From: a bacterium | Lineage (GTDB): Bacteria > UBA8248 | Reading direction: 5' to 3' | Length of the DNA stretch: 64,000 bases | Assembly: GCA_965203325.1 (NCBI GenBank) | Contig: OZ241875.1 | Span: 4,224,001 to 4,288,000, forward strand | In this document: in pieces, positions 48,346 to 59,256 of the stretch | Layout of the letters: each line of letters begins with the position of its first letter | Numbering within the stretch: position 1 is the stretch's first letter | Program-made: the position numbers and the translations under genes | The notes under the pieces: model-generated | What the model saw: the letters and a program-made list of their open reading frames with translations, nothing else | What the model was told of the DNA's origin: nothing | The model's database searches: none

Positions 48346-49389
48346 TCAGTCTCGATTGATCACTGCTTCAGCTATTTGAAGCTGCTCGATGAGCCACCCG
48401 AAATCAGGAACGTCGCCCAGGATCATGCCTTGGATAGCCCTGTAATCTCTTTCAATCACCGAGCGCAGTTCTGATTGTGGAACCAATCGCAAGGTACCTG
48501 GAACGGCTTTCTCGAACTGCTTCCAGGCTTGTCGGAAGGCGATGAGGTTGTGCTCCCGGACCGAATCCAGTAGATCGATATTCGAAAGAGCTGATCTGCC
48601 CGTTTCGGTTGCCGTAATCATCGCGGCATCATAGTAATGGCGCGAAATCAAATCCCTGTCGGTCGGCAAACGCTTTCCATCTTGATACCCGTAGTGCAGG
48701 CCATGCAGGATCAACAGCTTCTCCCAGTAAGTGCGTTCCGGTGCAAGGGTTCTCACACCGTCCACGTGGAGCGACCAGCTTGGTAGTTCGCCGGAGATGT
48801 AGGGACTCACGGCGCAGGTTAAACTCGGGTCCAGCGCGGACCTCGCTCCCGCTTCAATCTTCACGCGCGGGGACACGTAGGAAACGTCACCGCTCGGGTA
48901 CAGGGTGGAATATTCGATGAAGAGCGTTTGCCGGTTTCCATCATCTTCGTCTGGCAGGACACCGCATCCCTCCACCATCTCGTCAATCAAACCTATCAAC
49001 GCCGCTTTTAGATCTCCCAGAATGTAGTCGCTGCAGACCCCCGCGAGTTCTTTGAAGAGCGCATTTCGTTTCTTTCCGGACAGGTCTCCTCTTATCGTCG
49101 GGTCCCTATCGCCTTCGAAGCCCAAGCCGTCGCGATAGACTACCAGGTCGATGTCCTCGGAAAACCGCTTGATGAGACCGAATGCCTTGGACAAGGATGT
49201 CCCGCCCTTGAAGAGTAGTTTTGGATGCCCGTCGGGCAATCCGTTGTAGAGCGCATCAAGAACGAAACAGACCCAGAAGTCCTTTTCCACGTAACCGGGC
49301 AACGTACCGAGTCGCCTCGCCGCTTCTTCGAACACGTCGCGTTTGTCCTGCTCAGGCAAGGCGAAAAAGGATACGAACGCTCCGTTCAT
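48346..49389 (-). CDS. AbiEii/AbiGii nucleotidyltransferase toxin
   Basis: VEKDFWV, FKGGTSLSK, RFSEDIDL, RHYYD. Confidence 0.92.
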   Translation of the reverse strand: MNGAFVSFFALPEQDKRDVFEEAARRLGTLPGYVEKDFWVCFVLDALYNGLPDGHPKLLFKGGTSLSKAFGLIKRFSEDIDLVVYRDGLGFEGDRDPTIRGDLSGKKRNALFKELAGVCSDYILGDLKAALIGLIDEMVEGCGVLPDEDDGNRQTLFIEYSTLYPSGDVSYVSPRVKIEAGARSALDPSLTCAVSPYISGELPSWSLHVDGVRTLAPERTYWEKLLILHGLHYGYQDGKRLPTDRDLISRHYYDAAMITATETGRSALSNIDLLDSVREHNLIAFRQAWKQFEKAVPGTLRLVPQSELRSVIERDYRAIQGMILGDVPDFGWLIEQLQIAEAVINRD

Positions 49390-50009
49390 GAGGCCGCCGC
49401 CTCATCGGTCGCAATGCTGCGCGCGAGCGGCTGCGCCCAGCCCGGCAGGTCGCGGCTGTTTCGGGCCAGGTCGCGTTTTACCGCGTCGGGAAGACGACGC
49501 TTCAGAATTGAGGCGACGCGAGCGTCCGAGGCGGCTGCGGGACCAAGCCACCGGAGCGCCTGAAAAACTGGAGCCGCCGCCTTCCCGGCCCAGCGCATGA
49601 CGCTTGGACTCGCATGCCGGAACCGAAGCGTTCGCCCGTCGATCTCGACCGATCGCGACGCGCCATCTGTCACGTAGCAAGGTCTGGCGGGAACTGCGTT
49701 TGTGAGGCCGAGTTGGTTGGCGGCCGCCATGCCGTCGGGCATGACCCGGATGCCGTCTCTTCGCGCGATAGCCGCGATCGCGGCATCCAGGTCGGCCGGC
49801 GCGGGCCGATTCAGCACACCGCTCATCCTCGGCTCCTCGTACAAGCCACGACCGACCCGGCGCAGTCGGCCCGCCTTGACGAGACGCGACAAGGCCTGGT
49901 CGACGGCCTCACGGCTCCCGATATCCAGAAAATCCCTCGGCGTGCACACCCACGTCCCGTTGCCGCTTGCGGAAATCCTCTTCATAATCTTGTCGGACAT
50001 GGAAATCAT
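49386..50009 (-). CDS. DUF6088/AbiEi-like antitoxin
   Basis: DFLDIGSREAVDQALSRL..RVGRGLY, AANQLGLTNAVP; overlaps the toxin gene. Confidence 0.88.
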   Translation of the reverse strand: MISMSDKIMKRISASGNGTWVCTPRDFLDIGSREAVDQALSRLVKAGRLRRVGRGLYEEPRMSGVLNRPAPADLDAAIAAIARRDGIRVMPDGMAAANQLGLTNAVPARPCYVTDGASRSVEIDGRTLRFRHASPSVMRWAGKAAAPVFQALRWLGPAAASDARVASILKRRLPDAVKRDLARNSRDLPGWAQPLARSIATDEAAAS

Positions 50010-50027
50010 TCGACATCCCCCTCCAAA

Positions 50028-50059
50028 TTGTCAGAAATTATACTATATAAACCTGACAA
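50028..50059. promoter_or_regulatory. Inverted-repeat operator upstream of the AbiE pair
   Basis: TTGTCAG-N18-CTGACAA around an AT-rich core. Confidence 0.55.
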
Positions 50060-50408
50060 ACCAAACTGGTTTTTAAGTCGCAGACAAACGTAGGGAAAAA
50101 GATGACATCCACGGCCCGGATTGACTCTCCCGCCACGGTTGGCTAAGCATCCAGCTTCAATCGTCAGCCCGTCCCACCTCAATCACTACCTCCCCCCTCC
50201 CCAATCGCGTCAAACACTCATTCATCAATCGTGTTCGACCACAAAAAAAGAGGTTGACAGAAAGGCCGTTTGGCGTTTATTCAAAATATATGAAAGGTTG
50301 TATTTCGAGTTCGGTTTTCGCCCGCTGCACGAGGCCATGAACGAGTCACAAGCAAGAACGCCCGTCGAACGATCATCCCCTTTGGATACCGCATCGGAGG
50401 ATGAAGTC

Positions 50409-50765
50409 ATGGATAGATCTACCGCGCAAAATAGTTCCGCCGCTTCGGGCGCCGCCGGGATTCTCCGTGACGTCTTCGGCGGTCTCGACTACGGCCTCAG
50501 CTTCCGCCTGTGGGACGGGACGACGCTCCCGGTGGGCCGCGAGGCGCTGGCCATCGAGGTGGCGTTTCCCTCGCTGGACGCCTTCAAGCGCGTCATGCTG
50601 AACCCCAGCGCGGACGCCTTCGCGGAAGCCTATTGCGATTCGGTCATCGACGTCGAGGGCGATCTGTTTGAAGTCATGAAAGTGGCCGACAGCATGGAGA
50701 CGGTCGAATTGGGCACGATTCAGAAATTCAAGATCGCCCTCCGCATCTGGAAGCTATCCGAATGA
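50409..50765 (+). CDS. Stand-alone CFA-synthase N-terminal-like domain protein
   Basis: SFRLWDGT..FAEAYCDSVIDVEGDLFEV resembles the N-terminal region of long CFA synthases. Confidence 0.65.
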   Translation: MDRSTAQNSSAASGAAGILRDVFGGLDYGLSFRLWDGTTLPVGREALAIEVAFPSLDAFKRVMLNPSADAFAEAYCDSVIDVEGDLFEVMKVADSMETVELGTIQKFKIALRIWKLSE

Positions 50766-51874
50766 GCGCGCCCGAAGTCATCGTCGTCGGAGGGGGCCCG
50801 GGGGGCAGCACGGCCGCTTGGGAGTTGGCCAAGCGCGGCCGCCGCGTCCTCGTGCTCGATGCGGCCACCTTCCCGCGCGTCAAACTCTGCGCCGGCTGGG
50901 TGACGAAGCAGGTGATGGCCGACCTGCAATTGAACCCGGCTGAATACCCCCACACCATACAGCCGTTCCAGAGCGTGTTCGTCGGCTATGACGACAAGCT
51001 GCTCGAGACGAGGTGGAGCGAACCCGCGAGCTACGGGATCATCAGGAGCCAGTTCGACACCTGGCTCCTGAGGCGCGCGCAGGAAGAGGGCGCGGAAGTC
51101 CGCGAGGGCGTCCGCGTCCGCGGCGTGGAGAAAACGGCTGATGGAATGAGGGTGGATACAGGTGATGAAAAAATAAATGTTCCCGTCGTCATCGGTGCGG
51201 GCGGACACACCTGCCCGGTCGCGAGGGCGTTCGGCGACGTCTCCTCGGAAGAATCGGTCGTCTTGACGCAGGAGAGCGAGACGAACGTGGGTGCCGAGAA
51301 GCTCCGCGCCCTGGCGCCGAATTACGGTCTGCCCGAGTTGTTCGCCGAGCCCGACTTCAAGGGCTATGCGTGGTATTTCACAAAAGGGGACTTTTTGAAC
51401 ATCGGCGTGGGCTGCATCGGCAAGAAGCCGAGCGTCCACGAGCGCCTCGAAATCCTGCTCGCAAAATTCCGGGAGACGGGCAGGCTGCCCGCCGGAATGG
51501 AACTCACGAAATTCCGGGGCCACGCCTATTCGGTGCACCGGGTGCACGTCCGCAGGCCGGCGGGCGATGGCTTCGCGCTCATCGGCGACGCCGCAGGGCT
51601 CGCCAAGGATTTCAGCGGAGAGGGCATCGGCCCCGCCGTTCATAGCGCCAGGATGGCGGCCGAGGCCGCGGTTCAGTATCTCGAGACCGGGAAGGGCCTC
51701 GCGGAATACGGCGAGGCGCTTTATGAGAAGTACGGAGGCGGCGGGGAAGGGTTGTTCGATAAATTGGTCGATCGTCTTCCCGATAAGGTTCTTTTCGGCG
51801 TGGCGAAGTTCATTTGCGGCAACGCATGGCTCAGACGCCGGCTGGTTCTGGAAGGCGCATTCGGGATCGGATGA
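50762..51874 (+). CDS. Geranylgeranyl-reductase-like FAD oxidoreductase
   Basis: VGGGPGGS, FPRVKLCAG, GYAWYF, IGDAAG..GEGI. Confidence 0.88.
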   Translation: MSAPEVIVVGGGPGGSTAAWELAKRGRRVLVLDAATFPRVKLCAGWVTKQVMADLQLNPAEYPHTIQPFQSVFVGYDDKLLETRWSEPASYGIIRSQFDTWLLRRAQEEGAEVREGVRVRGVEKTADGMRVDTGDEKINVPVVIGAGGHTCPVARAFGDVSSEESVVLTQESETNVGAEKLRALAPNYGLPELFAEPDFKGYAWYFTKGDFLNIGVGCIGKKPSVHERLEILLAKFRETGRLPAGMELTKFRGHAYSVHRVHVRRPAGDGFALIGDAAGLAKDFSGEGIGPAVHSARMAAEAAVQYLETGKGLAEYGEALYEKYGGGGEGLFDKLVDRLPDKVLFGVAKFICGNAWLRRRLVLEGAFGIG

Positions 51875-51893
51875 ACAAAACATTGAGGCGGCC

Positions 51894-52811
51894 ATGGTAA
51901 AAGAGCGGACAAAAGAATTCGACGCAGAGGCGATATCGCACCACTACGACCTCTCCAACGAGTTTTACGAGCAGTTCCTGTGCGAGAACATGCTCTACAC
52001 GTGCGCCTATTACCGCACGCCCGACGGCGACCTCGCCCAGGCGCAGCGCGACAAGATGGACCTCGTCTGCCGGAAGCTCAGGCTCTCCCCCGGCGAGGAT
52101 TATCTCGACATCGGCTGCGGGTGGGGCTCGCTCGCGATATGGGCGGCGAAGCACTACGGCGTGAACGCCACCGCCGTCACGCTCTCGCGCGAGCAGGCCA
52201 AGTGGGGCCAGGAGTGGGCGCGCCGTGAGGGGGTCGAGGAGAGGTGCGAGATCCACCACATGGATTACCGTGATTTCCCGGAATCGAGGACGTTCAACAA
52301 GATTTCCGCCATCGGCATCATCGAGCACGTCGGCATCGCGAACTACATGAGCTACTTCTCTTCCGTGAGAAACCGCCTGCGCGACGGGGGGTTGTTCCTG
52401 AACCACGGGATCACGACGAACAAGTTCTGGAAGCCCACGAGCCAGAACGAATTTCTGCTGAGAAACGTCTTTCCCAACGGGGAGATGGACAACATCTCCC
52501 ACATCCAGGACGTGATGGAACTCGCGCGCTGGGAGATCCTCGACGTGGAGAATCTGAGGCTCCACTACGCGCGGACGTGCAAGCACTGGTACGAGAAATT
52601 CGAGGAGAACGCCGAGCGCATCAAGGAGTTGGTCGGCGAGCGCACCTACCGGATCTACCGCGTCTGGCTGGTATGTTCGTCGAACGCGTTTTTCTGCAAT
52701 TCGCTGGGCCTCTACCAGGTGCTGGCGCAGAAATACGAACAGGAATACCGCTTCGACCCGCCGACGCACCGTGAGGATATCTATCGAGCGTTCCTCGATC
52801 AGGACGCCTGA
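51894..52811 (+). CDS. cfa: Cyclopropane-fatty-acyl-phospholipid synthase family SAM methyltransferase
   Basis: HHYDLSNEFY, YTCAY, LDIGCGWG, EHVG, HYARTC. Confidence 0.85.
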   Translation: MVKERTKEFDAEAISHHYDLSNEFYEQFLCENMLYTCAYYRTPDGDLAQAQRDKMDLVCRKLRLSPGEDYLDIGCGWGSLAIWAAKHYGVNATAVTLSREQAKWGQEWARREGVEERCEIHHMDYRDFPESRTFNKISAIGIIEHVGIANYMSYFSSVRNRLRDGGLFLNHGITTNKFWKPTSQNEFLLRNVFPNGEMDNISHIQDVMELARWEILDVENLRLHYARTCKHWYEKFEENAERIKELVGERTYRIYRVWLVCSSNAFFCNSLGLYQVLAQKYEQEYRFDPPTHREDIYRAFLDQDA

Positions 52812-52889
52812 TCCGCGCCTCCGGGGAGAGGGGTTGTTGAAAAAATCGTGATTCCGCGTTCGGCGTATGGAGCCAAACGAGAAGGGAAT

Positions 52890-53140
52890 GAACTTCACTC
52901 CCCCCTTGAGGGGGAGTCGATGAGGTGAGGGTATAAACCCGAAACCGAATCGGTGGGGGGAGTTTTTTTCTGTGGCATGTCCCCCCACCGCATCAACCTT
53001 CGCCCTTAAGGGCTTGGTTTCTGCGACTCCCCCTCAAGGGGGGAGTTGATTCTTTCCTTTCTGCAAGAAGTGACAAAACCCTCAAGGGGGGAGTAAATTT
53101 CCCCTTTTATTAGGAAGTAATGACCCCCAAGGGGGAATCT
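52890..53140. repeat. REP-like palindromic cluster (CCCCCTTGAGGGGG family)
   Basis: Several CCCCCT(T/C)(G/A)AGGGGG palindromes in the intergenic region. Confidence 0.7.
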
Positions 53141-53211
53141 ATCTTGCTCTTTCGTCGTTCTTGCCAAACCCCTGTTCATCCGACTTATGTAACATCTCCC
53201 TCACGCGCGGC

Positions 53212-54204
53212 ATGAAAAATAACGCTTCTTCGCCCACCCCGCCTTTCCGCCCGGCGTGGTTCTGCCGGGGGCGTCACCTCCAGAGCACGTGGGGATATTG
53301 TTTGAGAAAACACCCGAGGGTCGACTGGCGGCGCGAGCGCTGGGATACGCCCGACGGCGATTTTCTGGACGTTGATTTTCTCGATTCGGATCAACCGGAC
53401 GCCCCGACGCTGCTCGTCCTGCACGGCCTGGAAGGTTCCGCCGATTCCCATTACGTGCGCGGGGCGGCGGGGAGGGCGTGCGCGCTCGGCTGGCGGACAT
53501 TGGCGCTGAACTACCGCTCCTGCAGCGGCGAGCCGAACCGCAATCCCAAATTCTACCACTGCGGGGAGACGGGGGACCCGGGATTCGTGGTAGGGCGGAT
53601 TCTGGAGAGGTTCAGCGGGCCGCTCGTTCTGGCGGGCTTCTCTCTGGGAGGGAACGTCCTGCTGAAATGGCTGGGGGAATGCGGCGATAAGGTTTCGCCC
53701 CGCATACACGGGGCCGCCAGTATTTCCCCGAGCATAGGGCCCGCCGCGTGCGCGAAAGTGCTCGATTCCTTGCCGGGTTATTTCTACAAATGGCATCTGT
53801 TGAGCAGTGTGAAGGAAAAAGCGGAGCGTTTCTCGAAAATGCACCCCGGCCTCATCGACATCGATGGCGTTCGGCGCGCGCGGACTTTCCACCGTTTCGA
53901 CCGCCTCGTCATCGCGCCGCTCTATGGGTTCCGGGACGAGCTGGATTATTACGAGCAAGCGGACGCCTCGCCGTATCTGCCCCGAATCCGAGTGAAAACG
54001 CTCATTCTCTCCGCCGAGAACGACCCCATCGTGCCGCCCCACGTGTTTCCCCATCGAGAAATCGGGGAATCCGAATGGCTGAGCGGCGTCTTGCTGAAAA
54101 GCGGCGGGCACGTGGGCTTCGTGTCGGGCGGCAACCCCCGCGCGCCGGTCTACTGGGCCGAGGAGCGGGCGTTCGAGTTTCTCGATGATTGTCTGAAAAG
54201 CTGA
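53212..54204 (+). CDS. YheT-family alpha/beta hydrolase
   Basis: HLQS, LHGLEGS, GFSLGG, AENDP, GGHVGF. Confidence 0.88.
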   Translation: MKNNASSPTPPFRPAWFCRGRHLQSTWGYCLRKHPRVDWRRERWDTPDGDFLDVDFLDSDQPDAPTLLVLHGLEGSADSHYVRGAAGRACALGWRTLALNYRSCSGEPNRNPKFYHCGETGDPGFVVGRILERFSGPLVLAGFSLGGNVLLKWLGECGDKVSPRIHGAASISPSIGPAACAKVLDSLPGYFYKWHLLSSVKEKAERFSKMHPGLIDIDGVRRARTFHRFDRLVIAPLYGFRDELDYYEQADASPYLPRIRVKTLILSAENDPIVPPHVFPHREIGESEWLSGVLLKSGGHVGFVSGGNPRAPVYWAEERAFEFLDDCLKS

Positions 54205-54219
54205 CGGAGAGGTTTGTCG

Positions 54220-54400
54220 AAAAAGCCCCCCTCCTTAGGGGATAAAGGCACCCCCCCCTACCCCCCCTTGTCAGGGGGGTATGAAAAGGCGGCGCCCGAC
54301 GCCGGTAGAGGGCTTTTGTTTTTTTGCCCCCCTGACAAGGGGGGGTAGGGGGGTTGGTTTTCAAGGCGCAGGTGCCCCTTCCTCCTTGAGGGGCTTTCTC
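54220..54400. repeat. REP-like palindromic cluster
   Basis: CCCCCTTGTCAGGGGG and CCCCCTGACAAGGGGG inverted pair. Confidence 0.7.
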
Positions 54401-54425
54401 GACAGCCCCGGTAAAACCATGTTCG

Positions 54426-55520
54426 CTAGGCGTTTCTGTCGTATTCCCGGGATTGCAGCTTCTCGTGGCGCGCCCTCGCGCAACTGATGAGCCGATCCAG
54501 CATTTCGGGGTAGGAGACGCCCGCCGCGCGGATCATGCGCGGGTACCCGCTCAACTGCGTGAAGCCGGGCAGGGTGTTCACCTCGTTGATGTAGAGTTCG
54601 CCCGTTCTTTCGCGGTAGAAGAAATCCACGCGGGCGAGTCCCGAACAGCCCAGCGCGCTGAACGCGCTCCGCGCGTAGAGGCGGGTGTGATCGGCCAAGG
54701 ATTCCTCCACGGGCGCGGGGATGATCAACTCCGCGCGCCCCTCTTCGTACTTCGCCTCGTAGTCGTACCAGCCCGAACGCGTCGTGATCTCCATGATCGG
54801 ACTCGCGAGGAATTCGCCCAAAGCGGGGCCTTCGAGCACGGAGCACTCGAGCTCGCGGCCCTGCGCGTGTTCTTCGATCAATACCTTGCTGTCGAAGCGG
54901 AAGGAGTCGGCGACGGCGTCTTGAAGATCATCGGGACTCTCCACCAAATGGACGCCGACGCTGCTGCCCGAAGAGGAAGGTTTGACGAAGAGGGGATAGC
55001 CGATCTTCGAAGCCGCCTCCTCGCAGAGGGCGTCGCGGTCTGCACCCCAAGTTTCCGGGAACAGCGTGAGCGCGGGAAGAACAGGCAGTCCCGCCGCGCG
55101 CAGCACCGCCTTGGCGACGGCCTTGTCCATCGTGACGGCGGAAGACGCGCACCCCGAACCCACGAAGGGAACCTCCGCCAGCTCGAACAGGCCCTGCAGC
55201 GTGCCGTCCTCCCCGAAGGTGCCGTGAATGATGGGGAAGAAGACGTCGATAGCGAGGCGCTCACCGCTCCCGGCGTACCGGAGCGGCGCTTCGCCCGGCG
55301 TGCCCGAAAAGAGAACTTCCTCGCCCGCATCTTCCGGCGCATCGGGGGCGGGGAGGGCGATCCATGCCCCCGACCTCGTGATGAGGATGGGGTGGACGTC
55401 GTATTTCCCGGAATCGAGTTCCGCCATGATGGCCCGGCCCGAGTTGCGGCTCACCTCGTGCTCGGTCGAGCGGCCGCCGAACACGACGCCGACGCTCGTT
55501 TTTGAAGATGCTGACGCCAT
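54426..55520 (-). CDS. ddl: D-alanine--D-alanine ligase
   Basis: FGGRSTEHEVS, HGTFGEDGTLQG, GSSVGV, YDYEAKY, NEVNTLPG. Confidence 0.95.
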   Translation of the reverse strand: MASASSKTSVGVVFGGRSTEHEVSRNSGRAIMAELDSGKYDVHPILITRSGAWIALPAPDAPEDAGEEVLFSGTPGEAPLRYAGSGERLAIDVFFPIIHGTFGEDGTLQGLFELAEVPFVGSGCASSAVTMDKAVAKAVLRAAGLPVLPALTLFPETWGADRDALCEEAASKIGYPLFVKPSSSGSSVGVHLVESPDDLQDAVADSFRFDSKVLIEEHAQGRELECSVLEGPALGEFLASPIMEITTRSGWYDYEAKYEEGRAELIIPAPVEESLADHTRLYARSAFSALGCSGLARVDFFYRERTGELYINEVNTLPGFTQLSGYPRMIRAAGVSYPEMLDRLISCARARHEKLQSREYDRNA

Positions 55521-55571
55521 TTGCGGCGAATCCTTCTTAGGGGGCTTACAAATTTTAGGTGGGCGTAGGAC

Positions 55572-56138
55572 CTAACGTATCAGTTTCGAGAGGAATTTGA
55601 AATCCTCGGTGCCCGCCACGCGGAGAAGCTCGAAGAGCGCCTGCTCGGTCGTGGCGGGGATGGCGCCCGCGCGTTCGAGCGCCGAGAGGCCCGTCCGCCA
55701 GTTCAGCTTCGAGCGCGAACAGGTGGCGTCGGCCACCGCGTGGACGATGAAGCCGTTATCGAGCAGGTCGAGCGCCGTCTGGTAGCAGCACACGTGCGTC
55801 TCCGCACCCGTGAGTAGTATCTTCGTCCGGCCCGTCTCGTGCAGGCGCGGGAGGAACGTCTCCTCGGCGCAGCAGCTGAACGCGATCTTCTCGATGGGGG
55901 CGAACCCCGGCACCTTCTCCGCCACCTCGGAGAGGGTGGGGCCGAGTCCCTTTGGGTATTGCTCGGTGACGAGGATCGGGAAATCGAGTCGCGCCGCCGC
56001 CTCCGCCAGAGTGAGGATGCGTTCGACGACCTGCGCGCGCACGTCTTCGGCCATGGCGGACATGAGCCTCTCCTGCGCGTCGACGATGAGCAGGAGGCAG
56101 TCTTCGGGCTTAAGCCTGAACGAGTCGATGTCGGCCAT
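55572..56138 (-). CDS. Isochorismatase-family hydrolase
   Basis: LLIVDAQE, TEQYPKGLG, ETHVCCYQT. Confidence 0.9.
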   Translation of the reverse strand: MADIDSFRLKPEDCLLLIVDAQERLMSAMAEDVRAQVVERILTLAEAAARLDFPILVTEQYPKGLGPTLSEVAEKVPGFAPIEKIAFSCCAEETFLPRLHETGRTKILLTGAETHVCCYQTALDLLDNGFIVHAVADATCSRSKLNWRTGLSALERAGAIPATTEQALFELLRVAGTEDFKFLSKLIR

Positions 56139-56300
56139 TCGCTCTCCGCCTTCTGGAAACGGGAAACCGTGAAAAAGGCTATTACAGGGTTTTCACGCGG
56201 TCAAGGAATGCGCCCAAAGCCTTGATTCCCTTATGCCCGTGGGATAGCATCGCGCAGTAAATTTTCAGGCCATCATGGATACCAACAAAAGGGGAACAAC

Positions 56301-57293
56301 ATGCCGGACAAGGCGAAAGTCGTCCTGACCGATTACGTCTGGGAATCTTTGGACGTGGAGAACGAGATTCTGGGCGAGCTGGCCGACATCGTCGCCATGC
56401 AGACGAAGACGCCCGCGGAATTTCTGGCGGAAGCCGCCGATTGCGACGCGATCCTGAACACCTACGCCGGCCCCATCACCAAAGAGGACATGGCGGGGAT
56501 GCCGGATTGCAAGATCATCGCGCGCTACGGCATCGGGGTGGACACGATTGATCTAGACGCCGCCACGGAGGCGGGCATCATCGTCACGAACAACCCTACC
56601 TACTGCATCGAGGAGGTTGCCGAGCACACGATGGCGCTCCTGCTCGCATCGGCGAGGAAGGTGGTGTTTTACGATCGCCGGGTGCGCGCGGGTGAGTGGG
56701 CGGTCCCGCCGGGCAAGCCCATGTTCCGCCTCGTGGGCGCGACGCTGGGACTCGTGGGCTTCGGGAACATCGCCCGCATGGTGGCCTCCCGCGCCGCATC
56801 GTTCGGGATGCGGGTGCTGTTCAACGACCCCTTTGTGGCGCAGGGCCAGTTCGACGCGCCCGGCGAGAAGGTGGATGAGTTGGCCGATATGTACGCCGAG
56901 GCCGATTTCGTCTCCATCCATCCGCCGCTCATCCCCCAGACGCGCGGGATGATGAACGATGCGGCGTTCTCGCAGATGAAGAACACCGCCGTCATCATCA
57001 ACTGCTCGCGCGGCCCTATTATCGATACCGACGCCCTCGTGCGCGCGCTCGATTCCGGCGAAATCGCAGGCTGCGCCTTGGATACGACCGACCCCGAACC
57101 CCTGCCCGACCCGCACCCTCTGCGGGGGCGCGAGAACGTCATCATCAACCCCCACGCGGCCTGGTACAGCGAGGAGTCCATGGTGGGCCTGCAACAAGGC
57201 GCGCCGGGCGAGGTGCGGCGTGTGCTTTCCGGCGAATGGCCCGTGAACGTGGTCAATAGAGCCGTCAGGGAGAACAACAGGGCGGGTTTGTAG
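56301..57293 (+). CDS. D-isomer-specific 2-hydroxyacid dehydrogenase (CtBP-like)
   Basis: RYGIGVD, GLVGFGNI, NCSRG, NPHAAW. Confidence 0.9.
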   Translation: MPDKAKVVLTDYVWESLDVENEILGELADIVAMQTKTPAEFLAEAADCDAILNTYAGPITKEDMAGMPDCKIIARYGIGVDTIDLDAATEAGIIVTNNPTYCIEEVAEHTMALLLASARKVVFYDRRVRAGEWAVPPGKPMFRLVGATLGLVGFGNIARMVASRAASFGMRVLFNDPFVAQGQFDAPGEKVDELADMYAEADFVSIHPPLIPQTRGMMNDAAFSQMKNTAVIINCSRGPIIDTDALVRALDSGEIAGCALDTTDPEPLPDPHPLRGRENVIINPHAAWYSEESMVGLQQGAPGEVRRVLSGEWPVNVVNRAVRENNRAGL

Positions 57294-57470
57294 GGGCGAG
57301 TGATTCTCGATCGCGCCTTGATTCGATTGGCGCAGATTCTCGTAGGGGCGGTTCGCGAACCGCCCCTGCAATTGAATAACCGTCATTCCAGTGAATATCA
57401 GAATGACAAACAAGAATCTGATTATGGATGCAAGGTGCTCTGTAGGGACAGGTCGCGACCTGTCCCTACA
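57290..57470. repeat. GTAG-type REP palindromes
   Basis: GTAGGGGCGGTTCGCGAACCGCCCCT and GTAGGGACAGGTCGCGACCTGTCCCTAC; related copy near 60270-60342. Confidence 0.7.
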
Positions 57471-57832
57471 GAGCTGCTCCCGTGGATTCATGAAACAGTG
57501 CAATTTCTCCTGTTTCTTCTCATACTTTATCGTATTCGAGAAGAAAGCCGTCCACAAGTTCGCAAAACTCATTCTATCCGTCGAGAAACGCGCATCCGCT
57601 CTTGACACGAGGCGGTTTCGCCCGTAATAAGAACCTTGGCAATAGCTCAAATCCTGATGGTCTCAGCGTCCGGCGAGGCCATGCGCCGCCCGTGGCGAAA
57701 CCAAGCGAATCGGTTTCATTATCCGTCGTTATCGGGGATAATGCCTCCGCGCGACGCTTGGTAGTCGACAGGCTTTGGGATGCGCGAAGTCGAAAGGTGG
57801 TTCGAGTCTCGAAACGGGAGTGCAGAGTCCGC

Positions 57833-58387
57833 ATGAACACTCGCTTGAAAGCCCCTCCGGTGAAGCTGCCTGCCGATTACGAGGAGGAGGCGAAAGAGAA
57901 AAGGCCGTTCATCGACCGCAGGCGGTTCATGAACTACACGGGGTGGCTCGGCGTCCTGGGCGCCATCAACGTCGCGCTGATCGGTTTCCTGCGATTCATG
58001 TTCCCGCGCGTTCTGTTCGAACCGCCCACCGAGTTCAAGGCGGGGGACCCGGCGGATTACGCCGTGGGCGTGGTGGACACCCGCTACGTGAACAGCGAGC
58101 GCGTCTGGATCATTCGCGAGCAGAATGGCTTCTACGCCCTGAGCGCGATTTGCACCCATCTGGGATGTACGCCGAAGTACCTGGGCTCCGAGGACAAGTT
58201 CAAATGCCCGTGCCACGGGAGCGGGTTCCGCCGAAGCGGCATCAACTTCGAGGGACCGGCCCCGAGGCCGCTCGAGAGGCTCAAAATCGGCCTGGCCGAG
58301 GATGGGCAACTGTTGATTGACAAGGGCAAGCTGTTTCTCCACGAGAAAGGGCAATGGGACGACCCGGGCGCTTTTCTCTTTATTTAG
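57833..58387 (+). CDS. Rieske Fe-S subunit of a bc complex
   Basis: Tat DRRRFM + TM helix; CTHLGC and CPCHGS. Confidence 0.93.
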   Translation: MNTRLKAPPVKLPADYEEEAKEKRPFIDRRRFMNYTGWLGVLGAINVALIGFLRFMFPRVLFEPPTEFKAGDPADYAVGVVDTRYVNSERVWIIREQNGFYALSAICTHLGCTPKYLGSEDKFKCPCHGSGFRRSGINFEGPAPRPLERLKIGLAEDGQLLIDKGKLFLHEKGQWDDPGAFLFI

Positions 58388-58435
58388 TATAAGGGCTTAT
58401 TTATTCGTTCGACGCGAGTTCGTGGGGGTTTTTAG

Positions 58436-59224
58436 ATGCCGAGTTTGAAAGAACGCTTGAACCTGGATCAGGTGAAACGCAGTGTGCTCGACTCCCAGGT
58501 ATGGAGGTCGATGTTCCGCCACGGGTATGAGGACACGCCGAGAAACCGCGTTCTCATGGTCGTGGACAACCTCTGGCTGCACCTGCATCCCACGAAAATC
58601 AGGCGCCACGCCATCCGCATCCGCTTCACGTGGTGCATGGGCGGGGTGACGTTCCTGTTGTTCCTCTACCTCGTCGTCACCGGCGTGGTCTTGATGTTTT
58701 ACTACCGGCCCGTGGGCGAGTACGCCTACGCGGACATCAAATACCTCGAATTCGACGCCCCCTTCGGCATGTTCATGCGCAACATGCACCGCTGGGCGGC
58801 GCACGCCATGGTCATCGCCGTGTGGCTCCACATGCTGCGCGTCTTCATGACGGGCTCCTACAAGCCGCCGCGCGAGTTCAACTGGGTCATCGGAGTGCTG
58901 CTGCTCACGCTCACGCTGCTGCTCAGCTTTACCGGCTATCTGCTCCCCTGGGATCAGCTCGCCATCTGGGCGGTGACGGTCGGAACCAACATGGCGCGGG
59001 CCACGCCTCTGCTGGGGTCCGAGGGCCCGTTCGCCGAAATGGTGGGCGTGACGCCGCGCTTCGACGCGCGCTCCGCACTCCTGGGCGGAACCATCGTGGG
59101 TCCGCCCACGCTGTTGCGCTTCTACGTGCTGCATTGCATCGTCGTTCCGCTGATAGCGGCGATCCTGATGATGGTGCATTTCTGGAGAATCCGAAAAGAC
59201 GGGGGCATCTCAGGGCCCCTGTAG
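58436..59224 (+). CDS. Cytochrome b6-like N-terminal subunit
   Basis: [35 protein letters not shown]. Confidence 0.93.
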   Translation: MPSLKERLNLDQVKRSVLDSQVWRSMFRHGYEDTPRNRVLMVVDNLWLHLHPTKIRRHAIRIRFTWCMGGVTFLLFLYLVVTGVVLMFYYRPVGEYAYADIKYLEFDAPFGMFMRNMHRWAAHAMVIAVWLHMLRVFMTGSYKPPREFNWVIGVLLLTLTLLLSFTGYLLPWDQLAIWAVTVGTNMARATPLLGSEGPFAEMVGVTPRFDARSALLGGTIVGPPTLLRFYVLHCIVVPLIAAILMMVHFWRIRKDGGISGPL

Positions 59225-59256
59225 GTTTCGTGGCATAAAAGGGAAGGGCGAGAACA

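Noticed and set aside
57760..57830. GGTTCGAGTC T-loop-like motif suggesting a tRNA
   Set aside because: No acceptor, D or anticodon stems could be built
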